Source of the DNA: a virus
Lineage: Duplodnaviria; Caudoviricetes
Virus record (IMG/VR): IMGVR_UViG_3300005615_000001
Span: 7,508 to 71,507 of that record
Direction: 5' to 3' (one strand)
Length of the DNA stretch: 64,000 bases
Position numbers and translations under genes: made by a program. Positions 28,156 to 36,997 of the stretch are shown here, piece by piece. A model generated the notes under the pieces. It had not been told where the DNA came from, did no database searches, and was given only the letters and a program-made list of their open reading frames with translations. How positions within the stretch are numbered: the stretch's first letter is position 1; every line of letters begins with the position of its first letter.

Positions 28156-28601
28156 GCGCCTGCCTTTCGGAGATCGCTGGCGTAGAGGCCGAGGTAGATG
28201 CACTGACTCGCGGCGACGTAGTTCACGAAATCAACGATTGCGGCCTCGGCAGAGATGCGGTTGAACTCGATGCCGCTCATGACTTGGTTCATGTGCGAGT
28301 TGCGGCGCACTGATTCTTCGATGCCGCCCTGCGCATATTGGCGCGCCATCTTCGAAAGATACCGAACCAGGTCACCGCGTGTTTTGAGTGGTCGCACTCC
28401 GGGTTGCTCCGGCTGTACCTCCAACGTGAAACCATCCGCCAGCAGTTCGCACACGTTGCTCGCCGGCGTGAAGTTTTCCAGTTCGCGCGGAAGTCGAACG
28501 AACGCACCGTCTTCCTTGCGGGCGATAACGATGAACGGCTCGCCATGCTTCGGGTGATGGGCAACGATCTCAATGTAGTAGCGTGGGTCGTAGTTTTTCA
28601 C
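28152..28601 (-). CDS. hypothetical protein
   Basis: 149 aa; GGGAG SD. Confidence 0.6.
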   Translation of the reverse strand: MKNYDPRYYIEIVAHHPKHGEPFIVIARKEDGAFVRLPRELENFTPASNVCELLADGFTLEVQPEQPGVRPLKTRGDLVRYLSKMARQYAQGGIEESVRRNSHMNQVMSGIEFNRISAEAAIVDFVNYVAASQCIYLGLYASDLRKAGA

Positions 28602-28834
28602 TTCCCACTCTCCCTCAGCGCCTCAATTGAGCGAAGTTTCTTCGCCACCTTAGCCACGTCGCTGTCTGCGATCAACGCATGGATGATCGCGGAGGCAGAC
28701 CACGCTGGCCCCTCGTGATCCCGCACGTCCCTCGCCATCGCATCCAGCTTGTCCGCCATGTCGTTGTTCATGATGACGGTGATCTTCCGGTGCGGCGCCG
28801 GTACGCTGATTTCCCGTCCACGTTTGCCGTTCAT
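28598..28834 (-). CDS. putative ribbon-helix-helix transcriptional regulator
   Basis: RKITVIMNNDMADKLDAMAR...SASAIIHALI; first gene from leftward promoter; GGAGG SD. Confidence 0.6.
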   Translation of the reverse strand: MNGKRGREISVPAPHRKITVIMNNDMADKLDAMARDVRDHEGPAWSASAIIHALIADSDVAKVAKKLRSIEALRESGK

Positions 28835-28851
28835 TGCCACCTCCAGCAAAC

Positions 28852-28896
28852 AATCTACGCCGAAGTATTGACTTTGTCAAGGTTGCGTACTACATT
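28852..28896. promoter_or_regulatory. overlapping divergent sigma70 promoters sharing a TTGAC-TTT-GTCAA palindrome
   Basis: Plus strand TTGACT(28868)-17-TACATT(28891); minus strand TTGACA(28880)-17-TAGATT(28857). Confidence 0.85.
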
Positions 28897-28902
28897 GTGT
28901 TC

Positions 28903-29118
28903 ATGCAACCGAAACACTCCCTGATCCTCACCTGCGCATGCGGCGTGACCGAGCGGTTCGCCGCTGACAAGCGCTACCTCCTCATCGCCCTTTTCGATGC
29001 CTCATTCTGGCGCGTGGTCCCGACGTCTGACGGACGGGGCCACGTCGCCACATGCCCGAAGTGCAACGGCGGAAAGCTCACCCACTTCGAGCACGCGGAA
29101 CGGGAGTTTGCAGCATGA
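28903..29118 (+). CDS. Zn-ribbon protein (CAC...CPKC)
   Basis: First rightward gene; leaderless start. Confidence 0.65.
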   Translation: MQPKHSLILTCACGVTERFAADKRYLLIALFDASFWRVVPTSDGRGHVATCPKCNGGKLTHFEHAEREFAA

Positions 29119-29321
29119 CGCTGAAACGTAAGCCGCGCGCTCACGAACGCCTGTCGTACGTTGACGACCGACGCCGTCAACGGTTCGGCACCGTACTTCG
29201 ATTCTTTAACGACGACATCGTCGTGATTCAGTACGACGACGACACGGCCGAATCGCTGTTCATCTGGCGGTTCCACGACGGTCTAAACAACCGGCTCTCA
29301 CACGTCGAGGTTGCGCCGTGA
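29115..29321 (+). CDS. hypothetical protein
   Basis: ATGA coupling. Confidence 0.55.
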   Translation: MTLKRKPRAHERLSYVDDRRRQRFGTVLRFFNDDIVVIQYDDDTAESLFIWRFHDGLNNRLSHVEVAP

Positions 29322-29608
29322 GAAAGCCGACCTGCATCCTGTGCGACGAACCAGAGTTCCTGGACGGCCTCTGCGAAGGACACAATGATGAGTTCTGCGA
29401 CGGTCCGAACGAGCAAAAGTTCAACGACTTCGTGCGCGGGCGAGTGCACGCCATGCGCGAGGCGGCGCTGAAGTACATGGAGTGCGTCGCGTCGGAAGTA
29501 AGCCACATGCGGATGCGCGCGCGCGAGTTCAAGGCGCAGCAGATCAACGGGTTCACGCTCGCAAACTCCGTGTTGAAGCACTGCGATGTGATCGCGAAGG
29601 AGAAGTGA
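29318..29608 (+). CDS. hypothetical protein (CxxC...C..H)
   Basis: GTGA coupling. Confidence 0.55.
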   Translation: MRKPTCILCDEPEFLDGLCEGHNDEFCDGPNEQKFNDFVRGRVHAMREAALKYMECVASEVSHMRMRAREFKAQQINGFTLANSVLKHCDVIAKEK

Positions 29609-29847
29609 TGAGAAAGAAACTGATGGGACCAACGATCGATGTGACCTATGCGGGTGCATGCCGTCGCGCGCTTGCCAACGCGAAGCAGTACGGTCAACCC
29701 TACTACGTGCGACCCGATAGCAACGGCGGATTCTGCGTCACCGAAGTGCGCGTGTCGCCCTTTACCGTAGTTGCCATTCCGAAGCTCCACAACCCCGCCG
29801 AGTCGGAACTGCGTAACATGGAAAACTGGCCGGTGCCGACGCCATGA
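29608..29847 (+). CDS. hypothetical protein
   Basis: TGATG coupling. Confidence 0.5.
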   Translation: MRKKLMGPTIDVTYAGACRRALANAKQYGQPYYVRPDSNGGFCVTEVRVSPFTVVAIPKLHNPAESELRNMENWPVPTP

Positions 29848-30020
29848 TCTGCATTGGCAACCGCTGGTCGAACCGTCACCGCTGGTCGGGTACGTACCGC
29901 AACGCGGCCGGCGAACTGGAGCAGGCGTGCGCGCGCTGTCCCGAACTCCGCACCGGCTCGAAGATCCCGAAGCATGAGCGCGAGTGGTTTCTTGCGCGCG
30001 AAGGAGCGAAGAAGAAATGA
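29844..30020 (+). CDS. small HxW-CxxC protein, paralog of 31109-31306
   Basis: 58 aa, below ORF-track cutoff; HRW...CARC...GSKIP...WF. Confidence 0.55.
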   Translation: MICIGNRWSNRHRWSGTYRNAAGELEQACARCPELRTGSKIPKHEREWFLAREGAKKK

Positions 30021-30217
30021 CCCTCTACGGCATTTGGTGCAAGGATCGGCTCGGCGAAGGCGACTGGTTGCGACACACGACACATCGGGAAGGCATCGTC
30101 GCCTTCACATCTGAGCGTGCTGCGAAGAAAGCGGCTGCGTCGGAATACGGGCGCATGAGTTACGCCGAGGTGAAGCGGGATGATTGGTGCGAAGTGCGAC
30201 CGATCGGGGAGAAGTGA
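30017..30217 (+). CDS. hypothetical protein
   Basis: ATGA coupling. Confidence 0.5.
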   Translation: MTLYGIWCKDRLGEGDWLRHTTHREGIVAFTSERAAKKAAASEYGRMSYAEVKRDDWCEVRPIGEK

Positions 30218-30906
30218 TGAAACGCCCGCGTGACTCGCAGAAGCAAAAGCTGTACAGCGCGGAACGTGCAATCGCTTCCGAGACTGTTGGCGATGGCTCT
30301 ATCGCCGACGTGACGCTGTTCGTGAACAAGGTTCTGAGCTCCGCAGTTGTGCGGCGCAACTACCCGAACACACCTACTCGGCTCCACGTGAAGGATGGTC
30401 GCGGCACACGGATTGCGCGCGGCGGATTGGGTGGTCTGAGCCTGCCTGCCGGATGGGCGCGAAAAGAGTTGGTCGTACTCCATGAGATCGCGCACGCTCT
30501 GAACAGCGCTGATGCCGAATACGAACGACGCAGAAAGACGGATCGTGCGGCACGAGAAGCAACCGAACGCGGAACGAACTATTGGCGCAACGACTTCGCT
30601 GCGCGGCGAAAAGAGATCGAGAAGTGCGAGCCGCGCGCGTCGCACGGGTGGCAGTTCGCGAGTATCCTGCTCGACCTCGTGCGGTGGTTCATGGGCGCTG
30701 AGCAGGAACGGGCGCTGAAGGTCGCGTTCCGTGCTCACCGCGTGCGGTTCACTGCAAAGAAACAACTGTCGCCAGAACAGCGGCAGGCGGCGGCATATCG
30801 TCTGCGCGCTGCGCGTAAGCGGCTGCTGCTAGCAGCGCACGAACCGCCGCAGCTTGACCCGCTCGGCGAACAGTGGGAATCGTGGATTGAAAGGAATTCG
30901 CGATGA
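30217..30906 (+). CDS. SprT-like HExxH zinc metalloprotease-family protein
   Basis: RDSQKQKLYSAE...VVLHEIAHAL...HGWQFASILLDLV. Confidence 0.75.
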   Translation: MKRPRDSQKQKLYSAERAIASETVGDGSIADVTLFVNKVLSSAVVRRNYPNTPTRLHVKDGRGTRIARGGLGGLSLPAGWARKELVVLHEIAHALNSADAEYERRRKTDRAAREATERGTNYWRNDFAARRKEIEKCEPRASHGWQFASILLDLVRWFMGAEQERALKVAFRAHRVRFTAKKQLSPEQRQAAAYRLRAARKRLLLAAHEPPQLDPLGEQWESWIERNSR

Positions 30907-31112
30907 CTGCACACGCCATCGAAGTAACCGTCTCCTGCCCGTGCTGCCGTGAAAACGTGCGCTCCGCCAGCGATGTCTACCGGTACGCGCGCGCCTATCT
31001 GTGCGACATGCATCAACGCATCTGGCGCGCCGAGGACGTGCGCCAACACGCACGCGGAAAGTGTCCGTGGTATCCGCGCCCGTGCTGGTGCCACGAGGAG
31101 GAAGGAGCATGA
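30903..31112 (+). CDS. Cys-rich hypothetical protein
   Basis: Coupled ORF. Confidence 0.5.
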   Translation: MTAHAIEVTVSCPCCRENVRSASDVYRYARAYLCDMHQRIWRAEDVRQHARGKCPWYPRPCWCHEEEGA

Positions 31113-31306
31113 AAGCCATTTCTCCGTGCCAGACGCGCTCAGGTGGGAAGCACAAATGGGGCGCAGTTGAGCGCAGCCATGAGGACGGCCAACTCGTGCG
31201 GTTCTGCCTCTCCTGCACGACACAGCAAATCGGTTCCAAGATCCCCCAGGAACAGCGCTACTGGTTCGAACAACTGGAGCGCGTGCGAAAGGCAGGCTAC
31301 GCATGA
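31109..31306 (+). CDS. small HxW-CxxC protein
   Basis: GGAGGAAGGAG SD; HKW...CLSC...GSKIP...WF. Confidence 0.55.
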   Translation: MKAISPCQTRSGGKHKWGAVERSHEDGQLVRFCLSCTTQQIGSKIPQEQRYWFEQLERVRKAGYA

Positions 31307-31551
31307 AGACCGATGCTATCTTCGTTGTGCGCGACACTGTGCAGGCTTCGAACATCGCCGCATTGCTCGGTCGCGCAATCTTTTACACGTTCGAGGACCG
31401 GGCCGTCGCGAGGATCATCGCGCCCGACACTGGCGGGTTCGTTCGCAACGACATCAAGCGATACGATGATGATTCTGGCCGATGGAGCACCGGCTCCGGT
31501 CTCGTGCTGAACGAGTGCGATCCGGGTGAGTACTGTCGGAGCAGCGCGTGA
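31303..31551 (+). CDS. hypothetical protein
   Basis: Coupled ORF. Confidence 0.5.
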   Translation: MKTDAIFVVRDTVQASNIAALLGRAIFYTFEDRAVARIIAPDTGGFVRNDIKRYDDDSGRWSTGSGLVLNECDPGEYCRSSA

Positions 31552-31814
31552 AAGCATCAGCAGTGAAGAACGCCTCTGCCATCGAATCTCGTCGCCGCGC
31601 AATGCGTCGAGCGAAGAACGGCCCGCGCGATGCCGATGCTTGGAACGCGACCAACCCGATTGGTACGCTCGTCAACCTGACGCGTGACGATGGGACGGTT
31701 GAGCAGACATTTACCCGGTCTGCGGCGTGGTGCCTCGGCGACGGGACGCCAGTCATCTTGGTCGGACTGCGCGCGGGCGGGTATCTGCTGGATCGCATTC
31801 GGAGGCGGATGTGA
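31548..31814 (+). CDS. hypothetical phage protein
   Basis: WNATNPIGT.V...RDDG...TRSAAW.LG motif common in phages. Confidence 0.65.
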   Translation: MKASAVKNASAIESRRRAMRRAKNGPRDADAWNATNPIGTLVNLTRDDGTVEQTFTRSAAWCLGDGTPVILVGLRAGGYLLDRIRRRM

Positions 31815-32113
31815 GCAACTACGTTCAGCCCCTCACACCAGGAGAACTCGCCGCCGCGCGCCGTCATTTGGACGAAATCGCGGATGCGGATGCGAAGAAG
31901 GTAAGCCCGCCTGCCGATACGATCTCGCCGATCATGGCGTTTATCGACGACATCATTGATCAGTCAATCGACGCATGCGATACGGTCGCAGTCATCGTTC
32001 CGGAGGACCAGTTCGAACTTCTCCGCCTCTACTACATCCGCCGGCGCGTGCACCTTGAGATCGACCGGCGAGAAGAGAAGGCGATCGACTTGCGGGTTGA
32101 GGAGAACGTGTAG
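31811..32113 (+). CDS. hypothetical protein
   Basis: GGAGG SD. Confidence 0.55.
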   Translation: MSNYVQPLTPGELAAARRHLDEIADADAKKVSPPADTISPIMAFIDDIIDQSIDACDTVAVIVPEDQFELLRLYYIRRRVHLEIDRREEKAIDLRVEENV

Positions 32114-32410
32114 ATGCACTACCGGATGACGACACCGTGCGACGAATGCCCGTTCCTGAAATCAATGGCGCACGGATTCACGATCGCTCGTCTTCGCGCA
32201 TTCGCGAGCGGCGAATTCGCCTGTCACAAGGCGTGCGACGTGGACGATGACGAGGGCGTGTTCGTTGCGCGTACCCCTGAAACGCCCCACTGCGCTGGGG
32301 CGCTGATCTTCAACGAAAAGCGCGGGCAATCGCATCAACGAATGCGCATCGCGGAACGCCTCAACCTGTACGACCACACGAAGCTGAACATGAAAGCACC
32401 CGTGCGTTGA
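32114..32410 (+). CDS. Cys/His phage protein (CxxCPF...CH...HCAGAL)
   Basis: Motif pattern; GAGGAG SD. Confidence 0.6.
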   Translation: MHYRMTTPCDECPFLKSMAHGFTIARLRAFASGEFACHKACDVDDDEGVFVARTPETPHCAGALIFNEKRGQSHQRMRIAERLNLYDHTKLNMKAPVR

Positions 32411-32473
32411 ACCATCGTCGTCGTACACGGCCGCATTTGCATCCTAACTACACCATGCCGTACACTCTGCCGC

Positions 32474-32977
32474 ATGGCAAGTACACATTGGGTAGCACAG
32501 ACCTTCGCCAACATGCGCCGCATCCTTCCAGAGCTCCAACCGCGAAAGCTGACGGCTCCGAATGGCCACCGGGCGGTTGACTGCGCGGGACAGCCGGGCA
32601 AATGCTCGGCCTGCGGCGGCGATCTTGAACAGCGAAGGACGTGCAAAGCCTGCAAGGGCAGCGGCTACGATCACGCCCCCGGCTGCCTTTGGGAATCGAC
32701 GCGTGAGCATCGAGTCCGGATCGAGAAGACGCTCGCCGACAAGTACGGCGTGAAGCCGGGAACCATCCGGGCGTACAGCACGGACTTCGGGAAGAAGTCC
32801 TATCGCCGTCCAGAGCGTGACCGAGTCAAGATCTTCGCGGACATTGAGGAGTACGGCGCCGTGCGGTTCAAGAAAGACGGCACGCCCGTCAAGAGCACGT
32901 TCGGCAGCGGACCCTCGCGCGATGAAGTTCTCGACACCACGCCCGTCGGCCGCAACGGCCACCCAGCGCGCAATTGA
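32474..32977 (+). CDS. hypothetical protein with DnaJ-like CxxCxGxG motif
   Basis: TACACT 7 nt before ATG. Confidence 0.55.
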   Translation: MASTHWVAQTFANMRRILPELQPRKLTAPNGHRAVDCAGQPGKCSACGGDLEQRRTCKACKGSGYDHAPGCLWESTREHRVRIEKTLADKYGVKPGTIRAYSTDFGKKSYRRPERDRVKIFADIEEYGAVRFKKDGTPVKSTFGSGPSRDEVLDTTPVGRNGHPARN

Positions 32978-33050
32978 CGCGCACCCCTAAAGCAATATCA
33001 TTCCGCTCCGCACGGACTGTGATACAGTGTGTGGCACGGAGGATTTGAGC

Positions 33051-33380
33051 ATGGCGAAACGGAAGAAAATTGATGAGTCCACCGATGACATGTTCCCGCA
33101 GAAGCAGATTCCGGCAATTGAGGAAGCGTACCTCACGGCGGACAAAAAGCGCGCGGAAGTAGAAGCGACAGCAGCAGCCCTCAAAGATCTGAAAACGGAG
33201 TTGAGGGATCTTGAGAAGGCGTTGCGGATCACCGTCAAGACCTATGCGGATCAGATCGACAAGCAAGAGACGGAGGATCAGCTTCCGGATCTCATCTATG
33301 AACGTGGCGTGTTCAACGTCGAAGTGAAGGCGCACGAGCGCATGACGTACAAGCCGGTGCGCGAAACGGGCACGGTGTAA
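33051..33380 (+). CDS. coiled-coil hypothetical protein
   Basis: GGAGG SD. Confidence 0.6.
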   Translation: MAKRKKIDESTDDMFPQKQIPAIEEAYLTADKKRAEVEATAAALKDLKTELRDLEKALRITVKTYADQIDKQETEDQLPDLIYERGVFNVEVKAHERMTYKPVRETGTV

Positions 33381-33502
33381 CCCATGCCGCTCCCCGCTGC
33401 GTTCATGCTCGTTTGCGTTGATTGCCGTTTGTGGTTTTGGCTTCTCGGTGGTCCGGCGCTGAACCTGCCATTCCGTTGCTGCCGCTGCTCTCGGAGGCGG
33501 CG

Positions 33503-34255
33503 ATGAGCGGGCCGTCGGAGTTCCCGAACGCGCCTGTCGTGTTTCAAGGCGAGACCGCCATGACCGTCACATCTCCCGGCGACGTCACAGATCTTCTGCG
33601 GTACGCGCTCGAAATGGGGCGGGACGCCGAGACGATGGAGCGACTTGTCGGACTCCACGAACGCATTACCGACAGGCAGGCCGCAACGGAGTTTGCGGTT
33701 GCGCTCGCCGAATTCCAGAACGAATGCCCGACGATCCCCAAGTCGAAAAGGGTTTCGTTCGCGAACCAAGGTGGCGGCACGACCTCGTATGCATACGCCG
33801 AACTTCCGGCGATCGAGAAGATTGTCCGCCCACTCCTTCACGCCCGCGGCTTCTCATACAACTGGAACACGGAAGTCAAGGACCGGTTGATGACCGCCAC
33901 GTGCAAGCTGCGCCACGTCAACGGGCACAGCGAGACAGCCTCGTTCTCCGCACCGGTCGAGAGCAAGGCGGGCATGAGCGAGCAACAGAAGTACGCGTCT
34001 GCTCGCCAGTACGCGAAGCGACTCAGCCTGATCGACGTGCTCGGCATTTCCACAGCAGACGTTGAAGCTGACAGCTTCGACATGGAACCGATCCTTCCGG
34101 AAGAGGCGGCGGCACTGAAGGCGCTGGCGAAGGAAGTGGTGGCGAATGAGGAAGAGTTTTTCAAGTGGATGAACGTTTCGAGTTACGAGGAGATCACTCG
34201 CGGCAACTTCAAGCGGGCGCAACGCGGGCTCGAACATAAAAGGCGGAAGAAATGA
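33503..34255 (+). CDS. erf: ERF-family single-strand annealing protein
   Basis: FAVALAEFQNECPTIPK...YAYAELPAI...LRHVNGHSE...QQKYASARQYAKR.SL..VLGI. Confidence 0.85.
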   Translation: MSGPSEFPNAPVVFQGETAMTVTSPGDVTDLLRYALEMGRDAETMERLVGLHERITDRQAATEFAVALAEFQNECPTIPKSKRVSFANQGGGTTSYAYAELPAIEKIVRPLLHARGFSYNWNTEVKDRLMTATCKLRHVNGHSETASFSAPVESKAGMSEQQKYASARQYAKRLSLIDVLGISTADVEADSFDMEPILPEEAAALKALAKEVVANEEEFFKWMNVSSYEEITRGNFKRAQRGLEHKRRKK

Positions 34256-34917
34256 TCCGCCTTGATTTCGCGCAAGGATCCGACGATTGGAAGTACGCGC
34301 GTCTCGGGATTCCTACCGCGAGCGAGTTCCACCGCATCATCACGCCTTCGATGAAGAAATCAGGGTCGTGGGACAAGTACGCGCAGGAACTTCTCGCGGA
34401 GGAAATGCTCGACCATCCTATCGACGAATCCGAATCGCAGTTCATGACGCGCGGATCCGATCTCGAACGAGACGCGCGCAAGTATTACGAGTTCGTTCAG
34501 GGCGTCACTCTTGACGCGGCCGGCTTCATCGTTCGTGATGACGGCCTAGTCGGTTGCTCTCCTGATAGCCTCGCCGGTGACGATGGCGGACTGGAGATAA
34601 AAGCTAAATCCGCCGCCATTCACGTCGGCTATCTTGTCGGATTTGCTGACCGTGAATTTAAGACTCAGGTTCAGGGATGCCTGTGGCTCACGGGCCGAAA
34701 GTGGTGGGATCTACTGCTGTACAACCCCGAGTTGCCGTCGGCGATTCATCGCATCGAACGTGACGAGAAGTTCATTGCGGAGATCGAACACCTCGTAAAC
34801 GAGTTCATTCAATTCCTCGCACACTGCCGCCAGGAATTAGTGCTTGGTGGGTACCTCTCGCGTGAATCTATCGAAGCGCGGCGCGTCAAGCGTCAGGAAA
34901 TGGGGCTGCCGTGTTGA
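34252..34917 (+). CDS. YqaJ/lambda-exonuclease-family recombinase nuclease
   Basis: QGSDDW...R.GIPTASEF; GCSPD...GLEIK; QVQGCLW. Confidence 0.9.
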   Translation: MIRLDFAQGSDDWKYARLGIPTASEFHRIITPSMKKSGSWDKYAQELLAEEMLDHPIDESESQFMTRGSDLERDARKYYEFVQGVTLDAAGFIVRDDGLVGCSPDSLAGDDGGLEIKAKSAAIHVGYLVGFADREFKTQVQGCLWLTGRKWWDLLLYNPELPSAIHRIERDEKFIAEIEHLVNEFIQFLAHCRQELVLGGYLSRESIEARRVKRQEMGLPC

Positions 34918-34956
34918 TCGAACGTCGCCGCGAGCTCGGCGTGAAGGAGTGAGGGC

Positions 34957-35154
34957 ATGGCGCACGTATGGGACGTTCTCGACTCTGATCAGTACAACGA
35001 CAATTGGGAGCCTGACTTTAACGAGACTTACCGCGCTTGCTTGTTTGGTGACGCGTGCCTGTGCCCGCACTTCGACCACCGCAGCGATGAGTGTTACACG
35101 GCTGACATGGCAGAGGATTGGGCGGCGGAACAGTCTACGGGAGATCTCTCGTGA
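34957..35154 (+). CDS. hypothetical protein
   Basis: GAGGG SD; 65 aa. Confidence 0.55.
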   Translation: MAHVWDVLDSDQYNDNWEPDFNETYRACLFGDACLCPHFDHRSDECYTADMAEDWAAEQSTGDLS

Positions 35155-35699
35155 GTTGCTGCGGCAAAGGTCCGTACGGCGACGGCGCTTCCGATTCAAT
35201 ATCCGGCGCGGAGTTTGGCAGCATCGCTGAAGGCGAGCCTCTGATCTACCGCTACAAGCTGTGGCGCAAGATGTCGACGTACTCCGACGAGCGGACGCTC
35301 CTTTTCGTCATGCTAAACCCGAGCGTGGCTGGCGAAACGCACAACGATCCGACCATCCGCCGTTGCATCTCGTTCACGCTGCGCGAAGGATTCGGAAGAC
35401 TCGCGGTAGTCAACCTGTTCGCGTACCGCGCTACGAATCCTAAACGGCTCGCGTGGGCTGACGATCCGGTTGGGCCGAAGAACCATGAGTACATCGGCGC
35501 TGCGGCTGCGGAGGCCGCGCGTGTGGTGTGCGCGTGGGGCGCCATTCCGAAGCGTTACTACGACCGGCGCGATGCCGTCGTGCGACTCCTGCGCTACCAC
35601 CATGAGCGGCTATGGTGTCTCGGAACGACGAAGGCGGGCGAACCGCGTCACCCGCTGATGCTGCGCGGCGATGAGCCGATGGTGGAGTACCGCACGTGA
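35151..35699 (+). CDS. DUF1643-family protein
   Basis: YRYKLWR...FVMLNPSVA...NDPTIRRC...VNLFAYRAT.P...CAWG...PRHPL. Confidence 0.85.
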   Translation: MSCCGKGPYGDGASDSISGAEFGSIAEGEPLIYRYKLWRKMSTYSDERTLLFVMLNPSVAGETHNDPTIRRCISFTLREGFGRLAVVNLFAYRATNPKRLAWADDPVGPKNHEYIGAAAAEAARVVCAWGAIPKRYYDRRDAVVRLLRYHHERLWCLGTTKAGEPRHPLMLRGDEPMVEYRT

Positions 35700-36073
35700 T
35701 CGGCGCATCCGTCCACCTCGACACCGTTCTACGCGCTGAACAGCGGCACGAGATCTCCATCGGCGAGCGCGACGAAACGCGGGTCCGCGTAACGCTCGCG
35801 TTCGATGCCGAGATCGGACAGGAGGAACTCGGCTGGCGCATTCGAGAGGTGCGATTGGAGTGCGGGTTTAACCTTGAAGACTTGGCGAAACGCATCGGAA
35901 GGACTGACGGCCTGCTGTCGAGGATAGAACTCGGCGGCTTGCCGTCTGTGACGCTCTGCGTTCTACTGGCGATCTGCGACGCCTGCTCGTTTGATATCGG
36001 CCGACTCTTGGCGCCAACGTGGCTCGGATCGGCTGGTGCACATGCCAACGCTGACGAGGTTCTAGTTCGATGA
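35696..36073 (+). CDS. XRE-family HTH regulator
   Basis: LGWRIREVRLECGFNLEDLAKRIG...LSRIELG. Confidence 0.8.
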   Translation: MIGASVHLDTVLRAEQRHEISIGERDETRVRVTLAFDAEIGQEELGWRIREVRLECGFNLEDLAKRIGRTDGLLSRIELGGLPSVTLCVLLAICDACSFDIGRLLAPTWLGSAGAHANADEVLVR

Positions 36074-36297
36074 CAACCAACCCTAAATGGCGCGCGTTTG
36101 ATCGCGCTCGAAAACGCCTTGCGAATGCTCGTTCACGGGCCGCTGATGACGGCATGTATCCGATGCGCGATACCGCGCGGCGCCTCGCTCAAAGCGAGTT
36201 GCGCAGCGCCGAAGCTCTGTACGAATCGACGCGCGCGGCATGGATCGCGGCTGGACGCCCTGGCCGCAACACACGCTTTCGTGGAAAAAGCCGATGA
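36070..36297 (+). CDS. hypothetical basic protein
   Basis: Coupled ORF. Confidence 0.5.
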   Translation: MTTNPKWRAFDRARKRLANARSRAADDGMYPMRDTARRLAQSELRSAEALYESTRAAWIAAGRPGRNTRFRGKSR

Positions 36298-36815
36298 TCC
36301 AGTTTGTCATTCCGGGCGAGCCTGAACCGAAGCATCGTCATCGCGCGCAACTCCGTTTTAAGAAAGGCTTAGCGCTCGAGATCATGGACATGGTGCGCCG
36401 TGGCGAAGGTCCTGCCGCCGTGCAAGCTGCGATCACGTCTGGCGTGTGGATTCACCAGCATCCCGACAAGCGTACCGCGACCGCAGAGGAAGCGCTGCGC
36501 CTTCAGGTGCTCCGCTACAAGCCGCGCGTGCCACTGGCGGGGCCGATCCGTTTGGACGCTGCCTTTGTCCACCGTCCGCCTGCGAAGCTTCCAGCGGGGC
36601 GCTCTGCCGCTTGGTGGTCAACGAAGCCAGACGTAGACAATTTGTTGAAAAACTGCATGGATGCGTGGCGCGAAACCTTTTGGAACGACGACTCGCAGAT
36701 CTGCGCCGTGACCGGCGTCAAGGTCTACGGGCGAGAGCCTCGGTCGGAGTTCCGCATCATGCCGCTCGCCGATTCCGACTCGGCGCAGATCGATTTGTGG
36801 GGAGGGATGAAATGA
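36294..36815 (+). CDS. rusA: RusA-like Holliday junction resolvase
   Basis: IPGEP.PK.R.R; KPDVDNLLK..MDA...NDDSQI. Confidence 0.85.
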   Translation: MIQFVIPGEPEPKHRHRAQLRFKKGLALEIMDMVRRGEGPAAVQAAITSGVWIHQHPDKRTATAEEALRLQVLRYKPRVPLAGPIRLDAAFVHRPPAKLPAGRSAAWWSTKPDVDNLLKNCMDAWRETFWNDDSQICAVTGVKVYGREPRSEFRIMPLADSDSAQIDLWGGMK

Positions 36816-36997
36816 AGTTCGGCTGCAAAGCGTATGCGTTTGATCCACGCGACGCGTGGGACCCTGACTTTCCGCGTTGTCCCGTGTGCGGCGACGAGAT
36901 CAGTCCCGGTAAGTCTGTCGTTGACGCTGGAAACTATCGCGAAGCGCATGAGTATTGCGTGAAGAAGTTGGCGCGCGAAGGAGCCTCGAATGGGTGA
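36812..36997 (+). CDS. small CxxC...HxxC protein
   Basis: GGGAGG SD. Confidence 0.5.
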   Translation: MKFGCKAYAFDPRDAWDPDFPRCPVCGDEISPGKSVVDAGNYREAHEYCVKKLAREGASNG

